A stretch of DNA of 64,000 bases from an uncultured Clostridia bacterium (GTDB lineage: Bacteria; Bacillota_I; Bacilli_A; RF39; UBA660): assembly GCA_948433435.1 (NCBI GenBank), contig CAOJDX010000004.1, positions 1,058 to 65,057 of the forward strand, written 5' to 3'. The notes below the pieces were generated by a model. It ran no database searches. It was given only the letters and a program-made list of their open reading frames with translations, and was not told the DNA's origin. This document shows, one piece after another, positions 50,299-59,527 of this stretch. Position 1 is the stretch's first letter. Each line of letters begins with the position of its first letter. The position numbers were made by a program, and so were the translations under genes.

Positions 50299-50607
50299 AT
50301 GGAATTAATTGATCAATTTAGATACCAAGTGGGAGCATATTATGGCATTCAATCTATGGATGAATATGATTTAAAAGTTTATGCCTTAAAAGATATAGAA
50401 AACTATATTAGAAGTTTTATTGAACAAAATCCCATTGCTAATTTTGATTATAAAAAAGAAGCAGCTAAAGTAGAAGATGAAATACCATTAGTGACAAAGT
50501 TACAAGATAGCCTTTTGCTTCTTCCACATATAGAAGCACCTTTAGAATTAAAATTACTAATAAAGAAAAAAATACAAAAGTTAAAGGAAGAAAATTACAA
50601 ATATTAA
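50299..50607 (+). CDS. Hypothetical small protein
   Basis: 102 aa ORF with RBS AAGGAG upstream. Confidence 0.35.
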   Translation: MELIDQFRYQVGAYYGIQSMDEYDLKVYALKDIENYIRSFIEQNPIANFDYKKEAAKVEDEIPLVTKLQDSLLLLPHIEAPLELKLLIKKKIQKLKEENYKY

Positions 50608-50696
50608 TTAGAAATAAAGAGAAAAATTTTGGTATATCAAAACGAATGAACTTTTTGGCTCATTCGTTTTATATTTATCCAATAGATGAAAGTAAC

Positions 50697-52088
50697 CTAT
50701 TTCTGATGTTCAAACATAATTCCCTTATAATATTTCCAAGCTAAAACTCTAAAAGCTAATTTATCAATTAAATCTTCTCCTATACTACCATCTTGAATTG
50801 CACTTTTAATAGAGTTAAAACTTGCCTCAAAATCAGTAGTAATAATAATATCATTCCCAGCTGTAATTGCTTTTACTGTAGCATTTGGAATAGAAGAGAC
50901 TGCTCCCATCGCTAAATCATCAGTAATAATGATCCCTGTAAATGCAAGTTCATTTCGCAATAAGTTATGAACACTAGTAGATAAAGAGGCTGGATTACTA
51001 GAGTCAATATTAGTAACAGTATTATGACTAACCAAAACAGCTTCAGCTCCTACAGTAATTCCTGCTTGAAATGGTGGTAAATCATTTTTTAAAATTTCAT
51101 CATATGTTCTTTGATCAACAGAACCACTAGTATGAGTATCTGCATTATTACCATATCCAGGGAAATGCTTTAAGCTGTAAGAGACTCCTGTACCTTTACT
51201 AGCCTCGATAACTGTTTTAGCATAATCAGATGTTAACTGTGTATTCTTTCCTAAACTTCTTTCATACATATAAGCATTAGGATCGGTAGTAACATCAACA
51301 ACTGGTGCTAAATTTAAGTTAAGTCCCAAATTATTCAACAGTTTGCTTTTTTCTATAGTATCAGTTTTAATTTGATCAAGACCACCTAAGTTGTATAATT
51401 CCTGAGAAGATTTAAATTTTTCTTTAGCCAAATTAGGATTACTACTTACTCTAACGACTTTTCCTCCTTCTTCATCGACAGCTGTGAGAAGAGGAATATT
51501 AGCATTTTGTTGAAGAGATTTAATCATATTTTTTACTTCTTGTTTTGTCTTGTTTTTGAAATCTCTTTCAAAGAAAATATATCCACCAAACTTATATTTC
51601 TTTAAAGCCTCAATTGCATTACTATCTGGATAACGGACTAAAAGAAGCTGACCAATTTTTTCATCAAGAGTTAACTTACTTAATTTATCATAAGCCAAAA
51701 TATAATAGTTTTTAAAAATACCATTATCTAAGTAGTTAACCGGAATACCATCTTCGTCCATAGAAACAGTAGAAGTTGTATACTTAATAATACTATTTTT
51801 TTGTAAAACTTTAGTCTTATCTAATAAACCAGTATATTCAATTAAAATACTATCTCCAATATCTGCTTTAGCCTCTTTTAAATTAAAAGTGTAAATAACA
51901 TGTTGCTTATCTTGAACAGTTACATATTCATCGTCAATAGCAAGAACAGTGGCCTCCATTTTTTTGGAATTAGTTTTAGCAGAAGATTTTTTCGTAAATG
52001 AATACACAGAAACAAAACTAATACAAATTAAGAAAAAAACTCCTACTAATCCAATCATCAATTTTTTATTTATTTTCATATCAATCAC
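50697..52088 (-). CDS. Glycoside hydrolase family 3 beta-N-acetylhexosaminidase (NagZ-like), membrane-anchored or secreted
   Basis: KHFPGYGNNADTHTSGSVDQRTYDE and the PLLTAVDEEGGKVVRV motif region. N-terminal TM. Confidence 0.8.
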   Translation of the reverse strand: MIDMKINKKLMIGLVGVFFLICISFVSVYSFTKKSSAKTNSKKMEATVLAIDDEYVTVQDKQHVIYTFNLKEAKADIGDSILIEYTGLLDKTKVLQKNSIIKYTTSTVSMDEDGIPVNYLDNGIFKNYYILAYDKLSKLTLDEKIGQLLLVRYPDSNAIEALKKYKFGGYIFFERDFKNKTKQEVKNMIKSLQQNANIPLLTAVDEEGGKVVRVSSNPNLAKEKFKSSQELYNLGGLDQIKTDTIEKSKLLNNLGLNLNLAPVVDVTTDPNAYMYERSLGKNTQLTSDYAKTVIEASKGTGVSYSLKHFPGYGNNADTHTSGSVDQRTYDEILKNDLPPFQAGITVGAEAVLVSHNTVTNIDSSNPASLSTSVHNLLRNELAFTGIIITDDLAMGAVSSIPNATVKAITAGNDIIITTDFEASFNSIKSAIQDGSIGEDLIDKLAFRVLAWKYYKGIMFEHQK

Positions 52089-52254
52089 CTACAGTACTAT
52101 TATATTTTTTTAAGAAAATTATATTCTTCTAAATAGATAATAGAGTAATATTAAAAACAGATTATAACTATCAAAGATTTCCAATATAAAGTACTAAGGA
52201 CGATGTTAAAAGGAATACGAAAAAATAGGGAAACCAGGATAAAAATTTATTTAC

Positions 52255-52776
52255 TTAAAAAGTTTCTAGTCTTTTAGTATATATTTTTTCTGCTTTTTCT
52301 TCCCCTATGGAATTCTGTAAATATTCATAGAAAGCAGATAGCATAGGATATTCTTGTAAAATCATTAAAACTTCATTTTTATATAATCTAGAATGGGAAA
52401 TAATGTAACTATGATGCTGACAAATATATTTCATTAACTCTTGATTATTATCTAATTCTTCTTGAATATAAATAGTAGGGTTTTCTGAATAACATTCAGA
52501 AAAGGGTTTAATATATTCCAAAGAAATTCCTAAATGATTAGTCTGATGAAGCTCATATCGAAGTTCGTTTTTCCATCTAGAATAGTGTTCATCATAATAA
52601 AACTTATCTACTTTTTTTAATAAAGTAGTTACACCAAATGCAAATGCTTCTAGCATAGAAATATCCTTAAAGGGATCATAGGATATTCCTTGTAACATTC
52701 GAATATTTTTAGGATTTTTATAGTAGTCAAAACTAGCACGAATTACTCCAATATAATAATTATTAATATTCAACAT
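52255..52776 (-). CDS. Hypothetical protein
   Basis: 173 aa ORF, no recognisable domain. Confidence 0.35.
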   Translation of the reverse strand: MLNINNYYIGVIRASFDYYKNPKNIRMLQGISYDPFKDISMLEAFAFGVTTLLKKVDKFYYDEHYSRWKNELRYELHQTNHLGISLEYIKPFSECYSENPTIYIQEELDNNQELMKYICQHHSYIISHSRLYKNEVLMILQEYPMLSAFYEYLQNSIGEEKAEKIYTKRLETF

Positions 52777-52940
52777 AATATTCCCTCACTTTTTGAATAA
52801 TATTATAACACTTGATTTTTTTTGTGTCATCTCTAAAAATAAGTAAAATGATAAAAAAATAACTAACTTTTAGTTAAATACTAAGTATATATGTAATCAG
52901 CCATCTCATGAGAAATGTATAAGATAGAATAAAGGAGGAA

Positions 52941-53609
52941 ATGATGAGTTGTAATGAATATAAAAATGATAAAATAAAAGAAATACCTAATAGAAGATGT
53001 TGTATTCCAACTTGTATATGTATAGGCCCAACAGGTGCAACGGGACCAACAGGACCAACAGGACCAACAGGTGTAACAGGTCCAACAGGTCCAGCAGGTA
53101 ATAATGCTAATTCAACAGCATGTTTTTGTGTAGACCAAATGAGAAATATTATTCAACAAATAATTACATTGTATCCAAATGACAATCTAATAATTGCCAT
53201 GGAAAGTGGGAATAATGTGAGTGGTCGACCAGGATCACTATTACCTGGACCTAACAATAATCCTAATTCAGGACTATTTCAATTAGTTAATAATCAGGGA
53301 GTACCAGAAGAAGCAGTATCTCTTTGCAGAATTGCTTCCATTACGATTACAAGTAGTACATACAATAATAATATTACATATTTACCACCACCTGTACCTC
53401 TACCAACAGATTGTGGCGCTAACTGTGAAGAGGCAATTCGTTCCTATCTTCCAGTAGGAACAACAGGAGTAGATATTAATGCTGGTGGACAGACCGTAGC
53501 ACAGGGGACAATTATACGTAGTGAATATGGAATGGTTGTAGTAGTAGGAAATAACGATAGTAATCCAGCTTTTGTTTCATTATGTAAAGCAGAAATTATT
53601 AATAAGTAA
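52941..53609 (+). CDS. Collagen-like triple-helix-repeat protein with Cys-rich N-terminus (BclA/exosporium-glycoprotein-like architecture)
   Basis: CCIPTCICIGPTGATGPTGPTGPTGVTGPTGPAG: eight G-x-T triplets. The roughly 150-aa C-terminal domain is unassigned. Confidence 0.55.
   Translation: MMSCNEYKNDKIKEIPNRRCCIPTCICIGPTGATGPTGPTGPTGVTGPTGPAGNNANSTACFCVDQMRNIIQQIITLYPNDNLIIAMESGNNVSGRPGSLLPGPNNNPNSGLFQLVNNQGVPEEAVSLCRIASITITSSTYNNNITYLPPPVPLPTDCGANCEEAIRSYLPVGTTGVDINAGGQTVAQGTIIRSEYGMVVVVGNNDSNPAFVSLCKAEIINK
53025..53100. repeat. Imperfect 9-bp tandem repeat (ggaccaaca)n encoding the GPT collagen-like triplets
   Basis: ccaacaggtgcaacgggaccaacaggaccaacaggaccaacaggtgtaacaggtccaacaggtccagcagg. 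Confidence 0.7.
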
Positions 53610-53757
53610 TAGAACATAATAAAAAAATTTGAAGTAAGTTTAAAAATTTACTTCTTTTCTTAAGTTATTCAATTACAACGATCAAAAATAATGAATATTG
53701 AATATAAGAAAAAAATACTTTATAATAATTCTCATAATTGTTATTTGAGGTGAAAAA

Positions 53758-54195
53758 ATGAGTTATACAAAATTTAGAAAAATTACAAAACATTTTAATT
53801 TTTCTAGAGTTCTGGAAAAAAAAGAGTTACCTGCTTATGCTAGACAATATATCAAGAATGAACAAATTTTAACTAGTTATAAGACGGAAAGAGATCATGG
53901 GATATTCACAGATAAAAAGATAATTTTATTTGATAATAAAGGTATGAATAAACATATTTATACAGTTCCCTATAAATCTATTTCCATTCTTGCTGTAACC
54001 TTTAAAGAGGAAAGTGCTACCTTAAATTTATATATGGATTCAGGGTATCCAATAAGTCTAAAATTTGTCAATATGAATAGTATAGATAAACTAAGACTAA
54101 GAATTTTATATACTTGTATAGACAAGATTATTAATAATCAACAACCTATAAAAGAAGATATGGAAAATCTTATTAACAATAAATTAAAACTTTAA
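53758..54195 (+). CDS. Hypothetical protein, possibly bacterial PH-domain-like
   Basis: 145 aa. Tentative. Confidence 0.3.
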   Translation: MSYTKFRKITKHFNFSRVLEKKELPAYARQYIKNEQILTSYKTERDHGIFTDKKIILFDNKGMNKHIYTVPYKSISILAVTFKEESATLNLYMDSGYPISLKFVNMNSIDKLRLRILYTCIDKIINNQQPIKEDMENLINNKLKL

Positions 54196-54352
54196 ATCAT
54201 ATAGAAGAGTTTTCATCATTAAACTAATGAAAATAAAGTTAAGTATACATAATATCCCTTGCTCTTGCATTTTAAATCAGTATACTTTTTTCTAATAAAC
54301 AAATTGTATTACAAATTGATATAAAAATATTACTATCTCTCTTAAATAAAAA

Positions 54353-54381
54353 TTGACAAATATGCAAAAAAATGATATAAT
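54353..54381 (+). promoter_or_regulatory. Consensus sigma-A promoter
   Basis: TTGACA, 17-nt spacer, TATAAT, 27 nt before the 54409 start. Confidence 0.65.
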
Positions 54382-54408
54382 ACAGCACATAAAAGAGGGG
54401 GATAAAAG

Positions 54409-55491
54409 ATGAGTGAGAAAAAAATAGAAGAGTTATTTATGATTGTTCATAAGTATACTAATAACTATGCGAGTAGTCAATTAGTTGACTACTATGACTT
54501 ATTTAAACTAAATAAGTCAGATAGTAATAAAGAAATACTAATTAGTCTAAGAAAATTAAGAACATTAATACATCCAGATTTATATGGATATTTACCAGAA
54601 TTTATGCAATCATCGTACTTAGAAATTGAAAAAGAATTTAAGGATTGTATTGATATTTTCTCTGACATAAACAAAAGAGAATTATATGATAAGAATTTGG
54701 AAGAAAATAAAAAGAATACCAAGAAGGGTGAAAATATTTCTATTAAGCCAAAAGAGCAAAAATCAAAAGAAGCAGAAAAAAGTTCCTCTTCAACTAAGCA
54801 ACATAATGAGAAAAATACCTTTGAAAATGTTGACGAATTTTCTTTAAATAGAGTTGTGGAGGCTATTGAGGCAACTACAAAGAGGCATGGCTTATTTTAT
54901 ATGTTAGGTAATCTGGAAATACTTTTTCAAAAGATTGAAGTATATAAAAACAATGAAAATTGGATCAATGTTTTTTCTAGAGAAACAGAAAAAATAAAAA
55001 ATGTAAGAGAAAATTTAGAAAAAATTGGTCTAGAAAAGGTAAAAGAAATTATCAGACTTTTTGCTGAGAATGAGAAAACTTCAGATAAAGGAAGTATAAT
55101 CAATTTTTATGCCTTCTTTTGTAGAAATGATATGGATATAACGAATATGGAGATATTTCAAGAAGCCTGTAAAGAAACAATGAATAAGTATAGTACTTAT
55201 CACCTTAAAGTTGCCATAGCTAACTATATTAATCGTCAAGATGCCAGAAACTTTACCAATCAAAATGGATATAGAGACTTATTGAAAGAAAAAATAAATC
55301 CATCAGATATTAAGCCATTTATTTATATTTACTTAAATAAATTTTATAACTGCGATCCTACTATTTATAGTTATGAAAATCTATCATCACTTCCTGAAGA
55401 TTATATTATTAATTTATTTACAAATAAATTTTATGAAGAAGAAAGAAAAAAGGAACGAGAAAAGGGTACTAATAAAAAATTTAATTACTAA
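54409..55491 (+). CDS. Hypothetical protein with an N-terminal J-domain-like segment (HPD motif)
   Basis: DYYDLFKLNKSDSNKEILISLRKLRTLIHPDLYG resembles DnaJ helix I-II with the HPD tripeptide. Confidence 0.4.
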   Translation: MSEKKIEELFMIVHKYTNNYASSQLVDYYDLFKLNKSDSNKEILISLRKLRTLIHPDLYGYLPEFMQSSYLEIEKEFKDCIDIFSDINKRELYDKNLEENKKNTKKGENISIKPKEQKSKEAEKSSSSTKQHNEKNTFENVDEFSLNRVVEAIEATTKRHGLFYMLGNLEILFQKIEVYKNNENWINVFSRETEKIKNVRENLEKIGLEKVKEIIRLFAENEKTSDKGSIINFYAFFCRNDMDITNMEIFQEACKETMNKYSTYHLKVAIANYINRQDARNFTNQNGYRDLLKEKINPSDIKPFIYIYLNKFYNCDPTIYSYENLSSLPEDYIINLFTNKFYEEERKKEREKGTNKKFNY

Positions 55492-55494
55492 TTT

Positions 55495-55520
55495 AAGAAC
55501 CAAAGTGGTTCTTTTTTTAT
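55495..55520 (+). terminator. Rho-independent terminator
   Basis: aagaacc/ggttctt stem with T7 tail. Confidence 0.7.
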
Positions 55521-55825
55521 GAGTTTTTTATCTTCTTGGATTAGATTGTTATACTTAGATAATCTAAATAAAATATAATCAATTTTGAAAATAGAAAATA
55601 TTAAATATGATAAGATCTTTTATTTTAATTGCAGAAGAGTATCCGAAAATAGAGAGTAAAAAAGTCGCCGTACGTATAAGAAATATAAGATCATACTAGT
55701 ATTGGAAAGTTTTATAGAGTTTTTAAAATAATAGAAAACATGCAGTTAGTAAAAGAAAATAAACTTAATTTTAAATATATTATTTGTAAATATAATTTAA
55801 TTGAGCTCAGATAACCACAAATAAA

Positions 55826-55881
55826 AAGTAAACGCATTATCGAAAGTGAATCCCAAGCAGATCACCATCTGTGTTTACTTT
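55826..55881 (-). terminator. Hairpin plus T-run that would terminate the minus-strand permease fragment
   Basis: 9-bp stem aaagtaaac/gtttacttt with about a 36-nt loop. On the minus strand it is followed by TTTTATTTGTGG. Confidence 0.35.
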
Positions 55882-55896
55882 ATACTGTAATGTTTA

Positions 55897-56091
55897 TCAG
55901 CTTCTTTTTTGATAAACATAAGCTTCAATTTTATCAACAATAAAATACATAAGATAAGAAATAACTCCAAGTATTACAACACCAGTAATAACTAAATTGA
56001 TATTAAATACCTGAGAACCATACATAATAAGATAACCAAGTCCACTTTTTGATACCAATAGCTCTCCCATAATAACCCCAATTATAGTCAT
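55897..56091 (-). pseudogene. 3' fragment (64 codons) of an ABC transporter permease (SsuC/TauC/NrtB-type). The upstream part is missing.
   Basis: GELLVSKSGLGYLI is a typical permease C-terminal motif. The open frame stops 6 codons upstream of the Met, exactly where the 154-bp inverted repeat begins. Confidence 0.55.
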
Positions 56092-56242
56092 GGTGCGAAA
56101 AATAGGTGTTTAAGGCATTTTTAGGACTAAACTTATAAGAATAGGAGTTATTATGGGAAAAACACTTACTTGTCCTTTTTGTAATAATAAAGATACTTTA
56201 AAAGTCGTTTATTGTTATAGGGGCTATAAAAAAAGAAATAAT
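56089..56242. repeat. Left 154-bp inverted repeat (IR-L)
   Basis: catggtgcgaaaaataggtgtttaaggcattttta...ggggctataaaaaaagaaataat. This is the reverse complement of 59218..59371 with a single mismatch. It includes the RBS and first 30 codons of the 56153 ORF. Confidence 0.9.
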
Positions 56243-56791
56243 GATGATATTAGTAATTTAATAAAAGATGGTACAATATATAGAAATGAAAAACCTAGAT
56301 TTGAAAAATATGATTTTGATGGTGAAAAGATAACTGCATCTTTATATAATAAATATTGTCCTAATTGTGATAGATATTTTCACTCTATTGGTAAAATGGC
56401 AGTCATTGATATAGATAAAGTTACATTTATTTATTCATTAGAAAAACAGATATTCAGATATGATTTTGATTTTTCAAATAATAATAGTGCAAAATATTCA
56501 TATAAACAAAACTATACTAGTGTAGATAAAGATATTCTATTAAATGAAACAGAAAGATTTAATATACTAAAAGGTATAAAAGAATCAAAAATGAATTTTT
56601 GGGACAAAGAATATAATTATAGTGATTCATTTAGTTATAATTGGATAATAAAATTAGAATATCATAATGGGTTAAGTGAATGCTATTATGGTTACGATCA
56701 AGTTTCTAGTAATTGGGATTTATTTATATCTGGGTTTAAAGTAATTATTTATAAATATGATAAAAATAAATTAATAGATAAAATTGTGTAA
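56153..56791 (+). CDS. Hypothetical protein with an N-terminal Zn-ribbon (CPFC...CPNC)
   Basis: 212 aa. RBS AGGAG 7 nt upstream. The 5' end lies inside IR-L. Confidence 0.45.
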   Translation: MGKTLTCPFCNNKDTLKVVYCYRGYKKRNNDDISNLIKDGTIYRNEKPRFEKYDFDGEKITASLYNKYCPNCDRYFHSIGKMAVIDIDKVTFIYSLEKQIFRYDFDFSNNNSAKYSYKQNYTSVDKDILLNETERFNILKGIKESKMNFWDKEYNYSDSFSYNWIIKLEYHNGLSECYYGYDQVSSNWDLFISGFKVIIYKYDKNKLIDKIV

Positions 56792-57119
56792 TGATTTGAC
56801 AATCGTTAGTAAGGGAGTTACCATTCAAGCAACTGGAGGTCATTGCATGGATACATTTGATAGAGTATATAAGGAAAAAGAGAGAAATACTATAAAATAT
56901 TTCCATACTATATTATTATCAAAGTTGTTGCTTTTAAATTATGAATTTTCTAACCATGAATATAATGGTACAACTGGTGAAGATGTCTTTAAAATATTAC
57001 AAAAAAAGATTAATTATAGTGAAAAAGAAAAGCAAGATATTATTGATAATGCAATTATGCTATTAAAAATAAATGGTAAAACAGTAACAGATTTTGAAAA
57101 AATAGAATTTGAAAAATAA
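56784..57119 (+). CDS. Hypothetical protein
   Basis: 111 aa. Start overlaps the upstream stop (ATGTGTAATGA), suggesting coupling. Confidence 0.35.
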   Translation: MCNDLTIVSKGVTIQATGGHCMDTFDRVYKEKERNTIKYFHTILLSKLLLLNYEFSNHEYNGTTGEDVFKILQKKINYSEKEKQDIIDNAIMLLKINGKTVTDFEKIEFEK

Positions 57120-57231
57120 TTCTTTTTTTCATTAACTACTATATAAATAAAAGTTAAAAAATGTTATAATGTATCTAACAGATAAATAGTAAGTTATCGC
57201 TGAGATTAAAAATAAAAAGGAGAATTAAAAT

Positions 57232-57684
57232 ATGGTACATTTAGTATATTGTGATGATAAATCAAAAGAATTAAATAAGATTTTAGATGGTAGTAAAACA
57301 ATGATTATAAGAGGTGCAGCAGGAAGAAAAATACCACATAGCAGAGTATTTAAAGATGAGATACTTTATTTTATGGAAAAAGGAACAAAAAAGATAACAG
57401 CAAAGGCAGTTGTAAAAGATGTTCAAAACTATGTAAAATTAAGTGATGAAGAAATAACAAAAACTATTGAAGATAATAATAATCAATTACAGTTAACTGA
57501 TAAGCAAAAAGAAAGATGGCACAAAAAATGCTTATGTCTAGTTGAATTTACAAATGTAGAAGAAATTACAGCATTAGATTTTGACCATCAAGGAAATATG
57601 GACGATTGGTTAATTATTGAAAAAATAGAAGATGTAGTTGTAGGTACAAGTATTCCTTACAACTATGAAAAATCAAGATTTTAG
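57232..57684 (+). CDS. ASCH/PUA-like domain protein (tentative)
   Basis: ILDGSKTMIIRG resembles the ASCH GxKxxExR segment. 150 aa, RBS AAGGAG upstream. Confidence 0.4.
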   Translation: MVHLVYCDDKSKELNKILDGSKTMIIRGAAGRKIPHSRVFKDEILYFMEKGTKKITAKAVVKDVQNYVKLSDEEITKTIEDNNNQLQLTDKQKERWHKKCLCLVEFTNVEEITALDFDHQGNMDDWLIIEKIEDVVVGTSIPYNYEKSRF

Positions 57685-57696
57685 GAGTAAAATAAT

Positions 57697-58412
57697 ATGG
57701 CAATGTGGAATCCGTGGCAAGGGTGTAAAAAATGTAGTGATGGTTGTTTACATTGCTATATTCATAAAGGCGATTCAAAAAGAAATGTCGATACAAATGA
57801 TATAGTAAAAACAAAAGACTTTGAAAAACCAATAGAAAAATTAAAAAATGGTAATTATAAAATGAAATCTGGAATTGTTTATTTATGTTTTTCTACTGAT
57901 TTTCTAATAGAAGAAGCAGATAAGTGGAGAAATGAATGTTGGAAAATGATTAAAGAAAGACAGGACTGTACTTTTTTGTTTCTAACAAAAAGAATTGATA
58001 GATTTATGAAATGTATTCCAGATGACTGGGAAGATGGATACGATAATGTAGTTGTATGTTGCACTATTGAAAATCAAAAAATGCAGATTATAAATTATCG
58101 ATATTTAAAGATTTGCCAATAAAACATAAATGTATAACAGCACAACCATTATTAGAAAAAATAGACATTGAAAAATATTTCGATAATATTGAATTAGTTG
58201 TAGTTGGTGGAGAATCTGATATAAATGCTAGGATATTTAATTATGACTGGGCATTAGATATTAGAGAACAATGTATAAGAAAGAATGTTAATTTTGAGTT
58301 TAGACAATGTGGAACTTATACCATAAAAGATGGAAAACAATATAAAATTCAAACAAAAGATTTGTGTAAACAAGCAAAATTAGCCAATATTGATTATAAA
58401 GGCAATCGCTAA
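57697..58412 (+). pseudogene. Gp37/Gp68 (DUF5131) family radical-SAM-like protein, split by a frameshift in an A-run near 58071-58086
   Basis: N-terminus MAMWNPWQGCKKCSDGCLHCY carries a CxxxCxxC cluster. The six-frame ORFs 57697..58122 and 58113..58412 are adjacent frames of one gene. The second frame is open from 58071 and reads ...NADYKLSIFKDLPIKHK. Confidence 0.55.
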
Positions 58413-58439
58413 ATTACAATTTGAAAGTGAGATGTAATT

Positions 58440-58583
58440 ATGGATAAGAAAAAAATTATGAATTGGTTAATAGCAATCATAGTGGCTATTGTGTATTTAA
58501 CAGTAAGTCTTATATTTGATATATGGGCATTCTCTTGGCTTATATGGGTTGCTTATGCAATTTATAGATTTATCGCAAAATAG
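58440..58583 (+). CDS. Possible 47-aa small membrane protein
   Basis: MDKKKIMNWLIAIIVAIVYLTVSLIFDIWAFSWLIWVAYAIYRFIAK, below the ORF-track size cut-off. Confidence 0.3.
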   Translation: MDKKKIMNWLIAIIVAIVYLTVSLIFDIWAFSWLIWVAYAIYRFIAK

Positions 58584-58612
58584 AAAAAATTACAATTTAG
58601 AATGGAGCAAGT

Positions 58613-59236
58613 ATGAAAGAATTTTTGGAAAAAATTAGAATTCCTGATAGAAGTCTAAAAATAAGTAGGAAAATATTAAATACAAGTTCAATATTTTTAT
58701 TAGGAATAATATTGGGGATATTTTCTAAATGGCTAGATAATTTAAGCATTGATGATACAATATGGTGGAAACATATATTTGGAATATTAGATTTAAGAAA
58801 TGTATTTTCTTTGTTTGGAATATGGATCTTTATTGCTGCTACCATTTCAGTATTTAGTAAGACACCATTAAGAGCAAGTTTGAATGTATTTTTGTTTTTT
58901 GTAGGTATGACAGTAAGTTACCATTTATATACAATTTATTTTAGTGGTTTTAATCCTAAAAACTATATGATGATTTGGTATGGAATAACTATGATAACAC
59001 CAATACTTGCCTTTATTTGTTGGTATGCAAAGGGAAAAGAAAAAATATCAATTATTATTAGTAGCATAATCCTTACTATAATGTTAATATCATCTTTTAG
59101 TATAGGAGTTGGGTATTTTTATTTTAAAAGTATAATTGATACTATTTTGTTTATAGGAACAATATTAGTGTTATATGTAAATCCTAAAAATAGTGTTTAT
59201 AGTTTGTTAATAGCATTATTATTTCTTTTTTTATAG
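58613..59236 (+). CDS. Hypothetical polytopic membrane protein
   Basis: 207 aa, about 6 TM. The 3' end runs into IR-R. Confidence 0.45.
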   Translation: MKEFLEKIRIPDRSLKISRKILNTSSIFLLGIILGIFSKWLDNLSIDDTIWWKHIFGILDLRNVFSLFGIWIFIAATISVFSKTPLRASLNVFLFFVGMTVSYHLYTIYFSGFNPKNYMMIWYGITMITPILAFICWYAKGKEKISIIISSIILTIMLISSFSIGVGYFYFKSIIDTILFIGTILVLYVNPKNSVYSLLIALLFLFL

Positions 59237-59371
59237 CCCCTATAACAATAAACGACTTTTAAAGTATCTTTATTATTACAAAAAGGACAAGTAAGTGTTT
59301 TTCCCATAATAACTCCTATTCTTATAAGTTTAGTCCTAAAAATGCCTTAAACACCTATTTTTCACACCATG
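59218..59371. repeat. Right 154-bp inverted repeat (IR-R)
   Basis: Reverse complement equals IR-L with 1 mismatch (t/c). Carries an inverted copy of the RBS plus 30 codons (MGKTLTCPFCNNKDTLKVVYCYRGYKKRNN) that runs into a stop after 6 further codons. Confidence 0.9.
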
Positions 59372-59527
59372 TCATTAAGTCCGATGTAAGACATACAGGG
59401 AAAATCACTTCATAGTATCTTTTTTTTAAGAGAAGAACTTAAGCAATTCTATATTGCATTAAAGAATAAGAAGTAAAGTTATTTAAATAGAAATTTGTGA
59501 TATAATTAAATTGAAAGAAGGGCTATT

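Noticed and set aside
56089-59371. Interpretation of the IR-bounded segment as a classical IS element or composite transposon
   Set aside because: No transposase or recombinase ORF lies inside or adjacent. There is no target-site duplication. The 154-bp repeats contain a gene 5' end rather than IS termini. It is retained only as an unexplained inverted-repeat structure.
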